This document shows, piece after piece, positions 11,159 through 24,014 of a stretch of DNA of 64,000 nt. The position numbers and the translations under genes are program-made. The stretch's first letter is position 1, and the number at the start of each line of letters is the position of its first letter. The stretch is from contig NC_042997.1 in the NCBI RefSeq assembly GCF_006345805.1, positions 188,294,001-188,358,000 of the forward strand, read 5' to 3'. The notes under the pieces were generated by a model. The model was not told the DNA's origin. It made no database searches and was given only the letters and a program-made list of their open reading frames with translations. Source of the stretch: Octopus sinensis. Its lineage: Eukaryota.

Positions 11159-11399
11159 AATTACCCAAATTTCCCAACTTTAATTCCAAATAACATCAGA
11201 TTCTTTAATTTATGAGATAAAGTAATCAGTTGATCGTTATCAAAATTCAGAGTCGCATTGATACACCAAAATTGAAAGCAATCTGAACAAAATTAAAGGG
11301 GGCTCATTTTGTGAATGAAAAAGACTAGATCCAAATTCTAGCCTTCTGTGCTTCAGGTGCTCTGCTGGGATATTGTTCACTCCTCATGAGTTTTCATCT

Positions 11400-12960
11400 T
11401 TGAGCATGCCTGGCATTGTCCAGGTTGCATATTGACTGAATTTAGTATGAAAGAGTTCTTTACATCGCCTTCAAATCTTCAATGACAAACAGTAGCAACA
11501 GAATGCTTTATTTTATTAGCATTTATGGTATCCCCAAAGTAGCTTTACTATTACTATTCCTAGATTCAATGTTACCACATTGGTCTGTTATCCATTTCTC
11601 GATTCCTTCATTTTCTTTCTGATCTTATTCACAGTGGTTTGTTGCTGAACTGCTTCATAATCTGTAAATTGGATTTTATTCAGATCTTGTCTTGTATCAC
11701 ATAGATTTATGGTGTTATTAGTGTCCCATATTTTATCATTTTCTTCTTTTTCTGGTATTTCTAAAGCTTATTCAAGAAGTGGTTTCTTCTTGTTGTTAGA
11801 GTGTGATGTTTTCTCCTATAAATCTGCTGCACACATTGGCCTCAAATACTTCTGCAGATTCTGAATCTTTCAATTAGTTGCATTGATTCTTATGCATAGA
11901 ATTCTTCACTCATTTTTCAAAACTTGGACTTGAGCACCACCAATTCCATGTCATGATCATATTTGGTGGCCAACATTTGCATCAGGAAAGGTTCTGGTTT
12001 TGTCCTTATTAATACCGAACTAGAATTTTTGAGGTATGAGAACCAAATGAAACTGGTGAGGAATTTCGCCATTTGATACATGTCATGTTGCTTATTGACA
12101 GGTGTCATAGGAGCATGATATATGTTGACTAGAGTGATCTTGTGACTAAAAATCATAGTCTACAAGTATTTGTTTCACCATTCACAAATCTCCAAACATT
12201 TGGGCCTACTTTGGCATTCTGGTCATGTCATGTAAGACATTTTTCATTGGAACTGCCTTTATGATTTTTTTAAGATACCCATGCTGGTAACACATAAAAA
12301 GCACCGTCTGAACGTGGCAGATGCCAGCACCGCCTGACTGGTGTCTGTGTCGGTGACACGTAAAAAGCACCATCCAATCATGGCCATTTGCCGGCCTCCC
12401 CTGCCTCCTGTGCCGGTGGCACATAAAAAGCACCCACTACACTCATGGAGTGGTTGGCGTTAGGAAGGGCATCCAGCCGTAGAAATTCTGCCAGATCAGA
12501 CTGGAGCCTGGTGCAGCCTCCTGGCCTCCCAGATCCTGGTCAAACCGTCCAACCCATGCTAGCATAGAAAACAGACATTAAGCAATGATGATGATGATGA
12601 TGATTTTAATTTTTTAATTTTTGTAAAACTCTAAGACTGCATCATCATCATATTCAAGTGTTTGAACATAGGCTTAGAAGATGTTATTGTTGTGCATCTT
12701 TCAGCAATATGTATGGCAATGAGTGTTCTGGATACTGGTTCAAAATTGATAACTGGGTTTACTCTGTTCTTGTTAACAGTGAAGCCCACTTCTTGTTAGT
12801 CCTCAGTCTTCGTTGAATGAATCACAATTTGTGGTCTTCGTCATAATCATCTCTCACATTTCCTTTCTCCTAACTTCAACTAGCCCAGAAATGTCCCATG
12901 TGTCTTGGGCAGGGAAATGCTTAATGGCACCCAGCTCCTCTCCATTCAGTCTAGTCTCCC
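11400..12960 (-). mobile_element. Heavily degraded LINE (RTE-like) apurinic endonuclease region, interrupted by a younger RTE 3' end
   Basis: Minus-strand relics WDISGLVEVRRKG, EVGFTVNKNRV..VINFEPVSR.LIAIHI, ITLVNIYHAP and DHD.ELVVLK, with many stops. Confidence 0.6.
12281..12604 (+). mobile_element. RTE LINE 3' end
   Basis: aaaagcacccactacactc...ggttggcgttaggaagggcatccagc...catgctagcat...(gat)n. Confidence 0.85.
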
Positions 12961-13130
12961 ACTAAGTTTAACCTGATAGTAGAAGCAATTACTGGTGTGT
13001 GGTTGAGAAAAATCTCAAAGCCAGAAGCATGTCAGGTGCCCAATATCAACTGAACACCCTATGTATACGTGTCTCTGCATATATATATGTAGGTGAGTGT
13101 GTGTGTGTGTGTGTACATGCATACATATAT

Positions 13131-13990
13131 ATTGGATTGCCAGATAAATTCATTCATTTCTTTCCTGTGTTATTTGAATTAACTTTAAAAATATTTTTAA
13201 CTAGTGTTTTAGGGGGTTTTTTGCCTTATTTTGTATTTTTGTATTCATCCTTTATAACTTCGTCACTTTTAAAATTTGAATAAATTTTATCTCGTTTCAA
13301 ACATGACAATGAAGTGTCAAGTAGAAAAAATTAGCATTTTCAACACCTGCCTCTCTTCACTTTCAATTAAGGTTCCAAAGCTGTCAAAGCCACTTGAGAC
13401 ATTTGTGCTGTCCACAAAGAAGGCATTACTACTGAAAGAGCTGCACAGAAATGGTTTTAAATGTTTCAAGGAGGGGAAATTCAACTTCACAGTTGGTTAA
13501 CCAGTTTAGGTCAATGCAGGTAGGTTAAACAAGCTCATTCACAAGGATCTGAGCCAATCCACTTGGTAATTGGCCCAACAGATGGGATGCTCTCATGATA
13601 CCATCACCTGTCACCTTCACTTGATAGGTGAAGTCCAGAAATTCAGTACATGGGTGGCACATGCTCTGGATAAAAGAGACAAACTCCAGCACTCCTCTAT
13701 GGCTGCCAGTTTGCTTGCTCGACACCAGGTTACTGATGGATACAAACAAGCATTTCTTTATTGCACCATTTCTGGTGATGAAAAATGGTGTCTTTAGGTC
13801 AATAAAAAGCAGAGGAAAGAATGATTGAGTGCCAACAAGCAAACAACATCTCGAGCCAAGTCAGAACTGCAATCACACAAGACAAAGATCCATGTTTGGT
13901 GGCAGTGGAAAGGGTTAATCTACTATGAAGTGTTTAGAAACAACCACACAGTGAATGCAGAGCTTTTCGTTCAGCAAATGCACCAGCTCA
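13131..13990 (+). mobile_element. Mariner transposon relic (5' TIR and N-terminal to central transposase, frameshifted)
   Basis: Translated pieces MKCQVEK.., WVAHAL (WVPHEL), ISGDEKW (TGDEKW), VWWQWKGLIYYE and TVNAELFVQQ. A TA-flanked TIR-like start lies at 13131. Confidence 0.85.
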
Positions 13991-13994
13991 ACTC

Positions 13995-14570
13995 CTACCT
14001 GTACATAAAATTCATTGATGTACTCATTGCTAACTCTCAACTTACTGACAGCTCCCCTGTACAGGGATTAAATGGGTCTCATAAGCCATTTGTCCACCCT
14101 TAGCTTCCTAAAAAGCCACTAGATAACAGAACAAGGGAATCTGTCAAAGGCTTTCCCTAGGTCAATAATTGCCAAGTACAATTACTTATTTTTAACAAAG
14201 TAATTCTCTTGCGGTTGTTTTATTATAGGAAGAAGGTAGCAGTAGTATTTCTCCCTTGCAAAAACCAAACTGCATCTCATCCAGGCTGACTCTTTTCCTA
14301 ATTAACTGAACTGTAACTCCTTCTTACATGACTTGGTCCAGTAATTTGATACCTCTGCTACACCAGTCATTTGGTATGATACCACCTGTACGACCTAATT
14401 GTCTATATCAGTGACAAGACCATATCCTACATTATCAGATATTTTAATCATCTCAGCAGATATTCCTGATAGACCCATGTTTATATATCCGAAGTTGCTT
14501 TATCTGTCATACAACTGTCAGCTAAGATAGCACATCTCTCATGTTGGGAAGGTCTTCTTTCTCCTGTGCG
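13995..14570 (-). mobile_element. Degraded RTE reverse-transcriptase core
   Basis: Minus-strand relics IPNDW, RGIKLLDQVM and QLIRKRVSLDEMQFGF. Confidence 0.75.
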
Positions 14571-14639
14571 TTCTTCATATTTAATAACCTTTTGTTGTTG
14601 TACTTCCTTTTCAGAATCACTAAATGAAAGTATACCCCA

Positions 14640-15092
14640 CATACCCCACCCCTACTCCCACATTAGTAGGGTAGGAGTGGGATGTGTGGGTGTTGGGTGG
14701 ATGGAGGGGGTATCAATGAAGAAAGTAGGTGGGAAGTAGTGAAGAGAGGAAGTAGGTGTCAGGGCATGATAGGAGAGGAGAGGTGGATAGGAGTGAAGAG
14801 AGGAAGTAGGTGTCAGATGAAGAGAAAAGAGGAGGGGAGTTGAGCTCATGCGGAACAAAGGAACAAAGAGAGAAGATTAATTCCTGTTCAAGGCGAAGGC
14901 GGGAGTCTGGATGGTCCCTGTGCAAAGACAATCCGAACACAGACTGGTGTTATAATGAATGACCAGTAGAGCAGAAATAGCACGAGACTGGGGTGTCGTT
15001 GCCAAGTCTAATGTCACAGGGGTGCTCCGCGAACTGGTCAGCCAAGCAGTGTCCTGTTTGAATTATATACAAAGAAGGACATAAAGAGCAGG
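14640..15092 (-). mobile_element. Penelope-like GIY-YIG relic, second copy
   Basis: CISCSLCPSLYIIQTGHCLADQFAEH...GHSL and FGLSLHRDHPDSRLRLEQELIFSLCSFVPHELN; homologous to 335-700. Confidence 0.85.
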
Positions 15093-15094
15093 AG

Positions 15095-15520
15095 ATGCAG
15101 AAAGTGACCTTCGAACGTTGGGCCTCACAGAGGCAATGACGAAAGACTGAGACCTCTGGAGATATGCTGTAACAGTGAAGACCTGACAAATGAAGTGAGT
15201 TCATGGCTCGCAGGACGGCTTGCTGTGCTAACCTTGGATCGTAGGGTGACCTGCTGTGCTTGAGGAGACCTATTGAGTCAAGTACATCAATATCAAAATA
15301 AAAATCAAATGGAAATTGTAGTTGTGATACCCATACCAGTGGCACATAAAAAGCACCCACTACACTCATGGAGTGGTTGGCAGTAGGAAGGGCATCCAGC
15401 TGTAGATACTCTGCCAGATCAGATTGGAGTCTGGTGCAGCTATCTGGTTCACCAGACCTCAGTCAAACCGTCCAACCTATGCTAGCATAGAAAACGGGTG
15501 TTAAATGATGATGATGATGA
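15095..15520 (+). mobile_element. RTE LINE 3' fragment including the last ORF codons
   Basis: DLRTLGLTEAMTKD*DLWRYAV, followed by the 3' UTR and (gat)n tail. Confidence 0.85.
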
Positions 15521-15546
15521 TAATACATACATGTCTATATATACAT

Positions 15547-15602
<56 letters not shown>

Positions 15603-16218
15603 AGTGCAATTTAAACCTTATTGGATGACAAATAACCAGTATTTCCAGTATTTAGAACTTCTTGTGTGTTTCTGTTAGTGTATTGTAATTGTATCCTTTA
15701 TTATGAAATCTGTATTTTGAGTGTTACAGAGTATAAGTAGAAAACAAAACAATACATAGATATGCATGTGTGTGAGAATGTGTATATATAAACACACACA
15801 CACACACACATTAGTATGTGAGTATGTATTCTGTGAGTGTATATTTGTGTTTGCAAAGATAAATGCATGCAGTTGGAGCGTCAAAGAGAAACAACTGATA
15901 AGAAGTCTCAACAAAACTGGTAATCAGAAAATGACTTGACATGTCTATATTAACCGCCTTTCTGGCAACGTTTTGTAATCCTCTCTGCTTCCTTCTACTC
16001 TGTTGTATGTTAATTTGACCAATAAGTTTTTATTATGGAACTTACATTATGCAACTACTAACTACTCTGTGTTAATGAAACATATGTAAGACGGAATTCA
16101 ATATTTTATAAACAATGTTTAATGTGCTGTTTTGTTTGATATATACATATACATACAATACACACATATGTATATGTGTGTGTATATATAAGTGTGTGTG
16201 TGTGTATATATATATATG

Positions 16219-16545
16219 TATCATCATCATCATCATCATCATTTAGTATCCGTTTTCCATGCTAGCATGGGTTGGACGGTTCAACTGGGGTCTGTGAAGC
16301 TGGAAGGCTTCATCAGGCCCAGTCAGATCTGGCAGTGTTTATACGGCTGGATGCCCTTCCTAACGCCAACCACTCCGTGAGTGTAGTGGGTGCTTTTTAC
16401 GTGCCACCCGCACAGGTGCCAGACAGAGCTGGCAAACGGCCACGAACGGATGGTGCTTTTACGTGTTACTGGCACGGGGGCCAGGCGAGGCTGGCAACGG
16501 ACACGAACGGATGGTGCTTTTACGTGCCACCAACACGGGGGCCAT
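16219..16545 (-). mobile_element. RTE LINE 3' end, same subfamily as 42719-43935
   Basis: Shares the ctggggtctgtgaagc...cttcatcaggccc diagnostic segment with the 42719 copy. Confidence 0.85.
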
Positions 16546-16563
16546 ATATATATATATGTATAT

Positions 16564-16740
16564 ACAGTGTATCCCCACTTATTCGTGGTTCAGCATTCGT
16601 GGTCCTGGTTATTCACGGAACTAATAATTGCTCACAGAAACTACTGCATATTCATGGAATTGTAAATATCCTCCATGATTTTTTATGGCTTTTTCGTAGC
16701 AATATATACTTTTACAAACTTTTTAAGGCTAAATTATTAA
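16564..16740. mobile_element. Possible pogo/Tigger-like MITE fragment
   Basis: TA-flanked cagtgtatccccacttattcgtggtt start with repeated attcgtgg motifs. The partner TIR is not seen. Confidence 0.35.
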
Positions 16741-16745
16741 TAATA

Positions 16746-17240
16746 TCAGGTTATCCCATAAGTTCTGTTCGAATTTTGAATAAAGAATACAAGTGATCAA
16801 ATGTTATATTTAATTGAAATTTAACCATCAATGTACTTTTCCTGATTATCTATGACTTCCTTCCATCTATTTACAAACTTTTTAATCCCATCAAAACTCT
16901 TTTGGTTTCAAAGCGAAGAACTCTGAAATGTCAGTTTCGACCTCCTCCTGGCTTGTGAAAGTTATGTCCCCCAAATGATTCTGTAAACTACGAAACAAAT
17001 GGTAGTCTGAAGGAGCAAGGTTAGGAGAATAAGGTGGACAAGGAATTTTTTTCCCAACCAAGCTCTTTGATCTTCTGTGATGTGATCTTTGCAGTGTGGG
17101 GTCACTCATTGTCCTGATGAAACATCACTCCTTTTCGATTCACTAAAGTGGGCCTTTTTTTCTTCGAAGCTTGGTTCAAACACTCTAATTGCTGACAGTA
17201 CACTTGAGCATTGATTGTTGCATTAGCTGGTAACAATTCA
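16746..17240 (-). mobile_element. Mariner transposon 3' relic
   Basis: ELLPANATINAQVYCQQL...MFHQDN and PPYSPNLAPSDYHLFRSLQNHL (DD34D C-terminus). A TIR-like tcaggttatcccataag lies at about 16746. Confidence 0.9.
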
Positions 17241-18847
17241 AAGTAGCAAACACTGGAGGAATATTCTGTGATAAAAGAAAAGTTAGGAGAGAAGACAGAT
17301 AAGAATGTATCTGGTCTGTGCGACAGACAGGAAAAGAAAGATGGACAATGATCACTTGTGAGCAACAAGAATGTAAAGGCGGAAGAGGGAGAGAGAGAGA
17401 GAAATAAAAAAGGTGAAGGGGAGAAAAAAGAATTAGAGAAAGGATGAGAGAGAAAAAACAAAAGGGGAGAATATGTATAGTGATTCTTTTGTACAAAGAA
17501 TGCCGATAGAAGATTTATGTGTATGTGGTGTAACTGAGTCAATGATTGACCAGGATAATTTATAGTTAACTTTTTTGTTTGAATTTAAGTATATATATAG
17601 CCAATGAAGTAGCTACTCATTATATTCAGTTTAAATGAATGTATATGTGCTAAAAATCTTTGAACCTGTACACCTCTAATGTACAACAAACTCATTTTAA
17701 ATATAATTTAGATATTACATTAATTTACTCTATATTGGATCAGTAAACGGCTATTTTTATATTTGCACAAAATATAACAATGACATCTTCCAGTTTTATA
17801 TAACATCTATAAAAGGCAAAAATTCAACTACTTTTATTTTCTGCATTTATGGATCACACATAGAAGAGAACAGAATTATGGGATTTATATTTACACACAG
17901 CCATTATGGATTACCACAGAGGATTTTACCACAGATGTATATTATTTCTTCAAAATTTTTAGCACAAGATTATATCAATGCATATCTACACCAGTAACTT
18001 TTTAAACAACATCTTTTTCATATATTTTTAAATAGCATTCAATTGAAATACACCCTCTTTCTCTCTGATGAGTGGATGTATTACCTAATAATGATTATCA
18101 ATTTTAGATTCTATTTTGAAGGGTAATACATCCATGAAACGATCGTAAGATATTTTAAACTTTTTTAAACCTTTTAAATCATCACACTTTATATATTTAT
18201 ACATCTATCTATTAATACAATATTATTTTAGACGTATATCTTCTGTGATGATTTTTTGATGTAATTTTCCTGCTCTTATCTCTTATGATAAAAGGCAGAT
18301 TTTCTCTGCCTCTCACATAGTTTCTTTTTAATACAATTGTACAATATAGAATTTCTTCAATTGGAATTTACCTATGATTTTTCGAAGTAGATTCGATTGG
18401 GTCATGGCATATAAAGTTTTTTCAATTTGACCCCCAATTAAGCAAAAATTCGAGAAAACTAATTATTTTACGATTTGCCTCTCTAATTTCAACTGCTTCA
18501 CTCCTTCTATTACCACACTTTCTCCTACTTTTTCTTTGCAAGTGTACCTTCAACCACTACTCAAAAAAAATACACAGGAAACAGAAACAAATAAATACAT
18601 AACGATTTACTCCTCACACAATTTCTTCAATTGGAATTTACCTATGATTTTTCGAAGTACATTCCATTCTATATTTTATAAATTAAAATTGGTTTTTAAT
18701 TTACTTTCTGTCACTAAGTTTTGGTAGTATTAATTTGCAAGCGTACTTCAGTTGTCAATTGTTGAAAGAAAGAAATTGTAAGCTAAGAAGGTGTGTGTGT
18801 GTGCGTGCGTGTGTGTGTGTATGTATGTGTATTAATGTGTGTGTGTT

Positions 18848-19336
18848 ATCTCTCTCTATATAAAGCTGAAGTTGTCTGTGTGTGCCAGGTTTGGTAACCT
18901 TCAACTAACACTATCTCCTCCAAGACCCTGCGGCGCAAGTTGACCAAAATTGAGAGTATGATAGAAGAAGGCTTGCTCTTCCTTCCATAGAAGATAAAAT
19001 TCAAATCGGACCATGTTAACACCAAAAATTATTTACATCAAAAAGGTGCTTTTTTCTATGAAAATCCCTATTTTTTACGATTTTTTCACTGCTGTGTCGC
19101 CACTTTTCAGTGTATTTCAACCAGAAAAATGTTCACTTGAAGAGAATAACAAGCTACATAATGCAAATTTTTACTTTTCAAAAATTCCAATTCCAACGGG
19201 TCGAAACAAACCCGAGCAACAAGACTGGATTGTCATGGATGGAAAGTCTAGGCTGACTTTGGGGCTAAACAACAAGTGCAGGCAAATATGTTTAACCCTT
19301 TACAGTGTCAAATGTAATGCCGGGCGATACTGCTAG
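18848..19336 (-). mobile_element. Helitron-like element, copy 2, carrying a 98-bp captured insert
   Basis: Reverse complement of 5008-5402, with an extra segment at 19221-19318 identical to 20109-20206. Confidence 0.7.
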
Positions 19337-19424
19337 TTTTATAATATAATATATAATTGTTCTTATTAGATGTCTAAATACCTTTAATGTTTTGATCAAG
19401 AAAAAGGAATAATACTCTTACTCT

Positions 19425-19669
19425 TTTACTCTTAACTCTTTTACTTGTTTCAGTCATTTGACTGCGGCCTTGCTGGAGCACCACCTTTAGTCGAAGAAAT
19501 TGATTCCAGGACTTATTCTTTGTAAGCCTAGTACTTAATCTATCGGTCTCTTTTGCTGAACTGCTAAGTTACGGGGATGTAAACACGCCTGCATCGGTTG
19601 TCAAGCGATGTTGGGGGACAAACACAGACACACAAACATACACACACACACGCGCGCACACACACACAC

Positions 19670-19709
<40 letters not shown>

Positions 19710-19875
19710 TATATACGATGGGCTTATTTCAGTTTCCATCTACCAAATCCACTCACAAGGCTTTCGTTGGCCCGAGGCTATAGTAGAAGAGACTTGCCCA
19801 AGGTGCCATGCAGTGGGACTGAACCTGGAACCATGTGGTTGGTAAGCAAGCTACTTACCACACAGCCACTCCTGT
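19425..19875 (-). mobile_element. SINE family B, full length with internal (CA)n
   Basis: Head ggagtggctgtgtggtaag at 19875, CORE-like ttgggcaagt, internal microsatellite and (agtaaa)-type tail. Confidence 0.85.
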
Positions 19876-21489
19876 GTTTCATAAAGTAATGTATGAATGA
19901 ATGATCAACTTATCACTGCATATTTTTATCAATGGCTTTACTCTTGATTCACTTATTGCAACCGTTTCAGTGTGATCTTAGTAAGGGACAACTATAAGTC
20001 AGTAAGGAAGCCTCTTTGTTGTTCCTTCATCAGTTAGAAATAACAGCCAGTTCTCTCTCCAGCTTGAACAAGGAAGAATACATTAAAATAATGTAGTCTG
20101 AATAGAACAAGACTGGATTGTCATGGATGGAAAGTCTAGGCTGACTTTGGGGCTAAACAACAAGTGCAGGCAAATATGTTTAACCCTTTACAGTGTCAAA
20201 TGTAATACTTATTTATTCGAATTGCTTTGAGTTAATCATGCATTATCTAACAGCTTCAAAACTTCAATGATGTGATTGTTTACTTTTAGGATGACATTGT
20301 AGGATAAGTTTGAAAGGCATGATCTAGCCAGCTTGAAGTAGGTAGAATATTTGGGAGGGATATGGCTGATATAAATGCTAAAGGGTTAAATTGAATAAGT
20401 TATGCAAATCACAAAGATTTACTGCATTACACAAAGCTGGTATAACCCAGAAATAAAGTTACAAGAGAATCATTATGGAATTTTGTGTAGATATTATTGG
20501 GAAAACCTGAACAACCAAGTCTTATGTCTACTTTTATACTTTGATTACCATTTAAAAAATGGTAATTAGTGTGGGAAACGATCACTGAAATGAAAATGTC
20601 ATAAGTGAAATACAGGAATTGATTGACACCCTGTAGTCTGAACAGAACAAGATTGGATTGTCATGAATGGAAAGTCTTTTGATCATATGTCTAGGCTGAC
20701 AGGAATTGACTGACACCCTCTAAAGTTACAGACTAAGATTGGCTTTTGTTGGTGGGCAATGGTGAGTTCTTGATTATGGATAAGAAGAATGGTAAGTTAT
20801 TGTTTTTGATGAGAGAGAAAATGGTAAGATTTTTTTACACATGTTGTAAAGGAAATATTAGCAATTCTGATGTAAACAAGCAACATATCAGAAAGTGTCT
20901 TTAAAATGAATAGATTTTTCTGTCAAGAGACAGCTTTAAATTTATAATAAAATAATTTTACATAATTCTTTGGGGGCTTTAAGTATAGCTACTTAAAACC
21001 CTACTATAAATATGAGCTTATCACTAAAAGTGAATTGTAAGGATTGAAAATAGAGAAAATATAAGTTTTTTTTTTGTTCAATCTCTGTAAAAAGTTGTAA
21101 ATTTACAAGCAAGTGTAGATATATAAATTCTGAAATAGGAAAATATTTTCATTTCCTCTATTTAGAATTTGATTGTGGAAACTAAAAGGTTTCTTTACAA
21201 AACAATATTGAATAACAAAGAAAACAACATTTGGTATCTAAAACATTCTAGCACACAATAAACTATTGAAAATACATGCATTTAATTTAGAACCAATGAT
21301 AAATAACTTGAACAGCATATACCTATATCATGATTAAATTACGTATGCAGCTCCATTAAACCACATATTTCAACTACATCATCATGCCTCTCAGAAACCA
21401 TTACAGAAGATAATTTTAATAAATATAAACAAGTTACATTATTGACAAAAGACTAAGAGCACCCAAGAGGATATCATAGCTTCTCATTT

Positions 21490-21739
21490 AATCTCTCTCT
21501 CTCCTCTTTCTTTCTTTCTCTTCTTCCCTTTCTTTCTATCTATCTATCTTTCCTTCCTTCCTTCCTTTCCTTCTCTCCTCTTTCCTCCTTACCTTCTTTC
21601 TTTTTTTCTTTCTTTCTTTCTTTCTTTCTGCCTTTCTTTCTTTCCTACTTTCTTTCTCTTCTTCCCTTTCTTTCTATCTATCTATCTTTCTTTCCTTCCT
21701 TCCTTCTTTCTTTCCTTCTCTCCTCTTTCCTCCTTACCT

Positions 21740-21771
<32 letters not shown>

Positions 21772-21950
21772 TCATTTTCTTTCTTTCATTTTCTTTCTTT
21801 CTTTCTTTCATTTTCTTTCTTCCTTTCATTTTCTTTCTTTTTTCTTTCTTTCAGTCTGTCTGTCTCTCTCTTTCTCTTTCTCTGTCTTTGTCTATCTGCC
21901 TGTGTCTATCTGTCTGTCTGTCTGTCTGTCTCTGTCTCTCTCTCTCTCTC
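21490..21950. repeat. Polypyrimidine (TTTC/TTCC/TC)n tract with an internal duplication of about 100 bp
   Basis: Almost pure pyrimidine strand. The tctcttcttccctttctttctatctatctatc block occurs twice. Confidence 0.9.
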
Positions 21951-22884
21951 TCCAGACACACACCCAACACAGGCAAACACACACACATATATACATGTAT
22001 ACATGTGTGTGTGTGATGTGTGTGTGTGTGTGTGTGTACGTGTGTGTACGTGTGTGTGTTGCATGGTTCCCATTACACGTTGCACCACATGAAGCTAGCT
22101 ACAATTACTTGTAACTTGCTTCATATGGCATAAGTATATGGCTTAAGTAATTTTTATTTCCTAAGCCTATCTACTAGAACTATTTGCAAAACTCTCTTTA
22201 AACAACTCTCCCATCATCACTTCAACATGCTAACATATCCGTAAGACAAACACAAACAAACACTTAAATTACAGGAAAATCCAACAAAACTAGTTCTATA
22301 AAGAGACCCAAATCAAATTTACAGACTGCAACATCTCTCAAATTATTTAAGCATCAGAGCACAGATATTTCATAAAATGCTGATATCTATTAAAAAAAAA
22401 ATCTGTCAAATGGTTTCTTCAAATGACAATACCTGCAACATAACAGTATATAAACCAAAGAATTGTAAAAGAAAGTAAAAGGTAACAAAATAAGCCAAGC
22501 AGTCTTTCATATCCACACAACATACAACCAGCATTGAAGCATTATGTTAAATGATTAGCAGTAATAATAATTCTAATATCCTATGACAACATCACAAGAT
22601 CTGAGCAACTAAATAAACATCTTCATTAAGCAAGTCAGTAAAATATCTTAAAATGGGATCCCTAAGTACTATATATATACACTTTATACTTGGGTAAGAT
22701 GTAGAATGAAGATAATCATAGAATAGAAGGTTAAAGCTTGTATGTATGTAAGCATGTTTTTCACTGCTGTTTCCATTGTTTTAGAAAAAGAAGCATGCAT
22801 AGGAATGAAATTCCAGGTGACTGTTGTTCTAGAGAGGAAGGATTGGGAAAAGTGGTTAGTCTTGGACCTGATGGCAATATAGAA

Positions 22885-23415
22885 TCATCATCATCATCGT
22901 TTAATGTCTGCTTTCCATGCTAGCATGGGTTGGACGATTTTGACTGAGGGCTGGCGAACCAGATGGCTGCACCAGGCTCCAATCTTGATCTGGCAGAGTT
23001 TCTACAGCTGGATGCCCTTCATAATGCCAACCACTCTGAGAGTGTAGTGGGTGTTTTTTATGTGCCACCGGCACAGGTGCCAGTCAGGCGGTACTGGCAA
23101 TGACCTCGCTCAAATCTTTTTACACATGCCACCGATACGGGTGCCAGTTAGGCAACGTTGGTAATGACCATGCTCGAATGGTGCCCTTTTATGTGCCACT
23201 GGCACGGAAGCCAGTTGGCTGCTCGGTGCTCTTGGCACCCTACTAGCACAGGCAAAAGTGCCAGTAAGGCGATGCTGGTAACGATCACACTCGAATGGTG
23301 CCTTTTATGTGCCACTGGCATGGAAGCCGGTCAGCCACTCTGTCAACAATCACACTCGTATGGTGCTCTTTGCACCCTGCTAGCACGGATGCCAGTCATC
23401 GAATTTGATTTTGAA
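22885..23415 (-). mobile_element. RTE LINE 3' UTR fragment
   Basis: (cat)n, ccatgctagcatgg, ggatgcccttc and multiple gtgccac.ggcac modules. Confidence 0.85.
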
Positions 23416-23714
23416 TGGATAATGAAAAGAATAGAAATGTTGTGTTAGTAGGCCTAAGCAGAGGCACATGCAACTGAGGTACAAAAAACACGTACCACTG
23501 TCTGATTCAGACAAATAGAGGTCAGTGTAGAGCATTGCTCGTAAACTCATATGAAACAAACTGTAGATGAGGACCTTTACTGCAGACTAGCTATTGACTG
23601 GCTGGCAGAAAAGGGAGTTTTGGTTAGGTGGCAAAATGAGACCCAATCCTAAATGGTGGATCATGTTCTCTCTCACTTTGTAGATGATTAACTAATTTGT
23701 TGCCTAACCAGAAG

Positions 23715-23888
23715 TCCCTGAAGGCAGCACGCCGGGTGAAATGCTAGCAGTATTTCATCTGTTGCTACGTTCCGAGTTCAAATTCCGCCGAGGTCGACTT
23801 TGCCTTTCATCCTTTTGGGATGTCTGTCCTTGTTTGTCCTTGTTTGTCCCCTCTGTGTGTTGCCCCTTGTGGGCAATAAAGAAATAAC
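23715..23888 (+). mobile_element. SINE family A with an internal deletion
   Basis: gcacgccgggtgaaatgc...gttcaaattccgccgaggtcgactttgcc...gccccttgtgggcaataaagaaat. Confidence 0.8.
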
Positions 23889-23973
23889 CAGAAGTCCCTT
23901 GTCTGTCAACCAGTTTGATAACTAGTCTGCTGTAAAAGTCCTCATCCAAGGTTCATTTCTTATGTGTTTGCAG

Positions 23974-24014
23974 GGAATGGTCTACACCAGCTTAAGAAAA
24001 CAACTCATCTGTGG
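23974..24014 (+). other. Candidate 41-nt exon of an unidentified gene
   Basis: Acceptor tttcttatgtgtttgcag and donor TGG|GTAAGA. Two frames are open (NGLHQLKKTTHLW or GMVYTSLRKQLIC). Confidence 0.25.

Noticed and set aside
11141-11282. 142-nt minus-strand exon with a good acceptor and a GTGAGT donor
   Set aside because: There are stop codons in all three frames. It could be coding only with a sequencing error, and the donor overlaps the AP-1-like motif.
16305-16325. Hammerhead core CTGATGA in RTE 3' ends (minus strand, also about 42805)
   Set aside because: No stem II or GAAA follows, and most other copies read CTGGTGC, so it is a subfamily substitution.
18350-18659. Exact 40-bp direct repeat (18350-18389, 18620-18659) as a duplicated exon end
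   Set aside because: The upstream frames contain stops, and the region ends in an ATAAGAGAT-type terminus, so it is more likely internal to a non-autonomous repeat.
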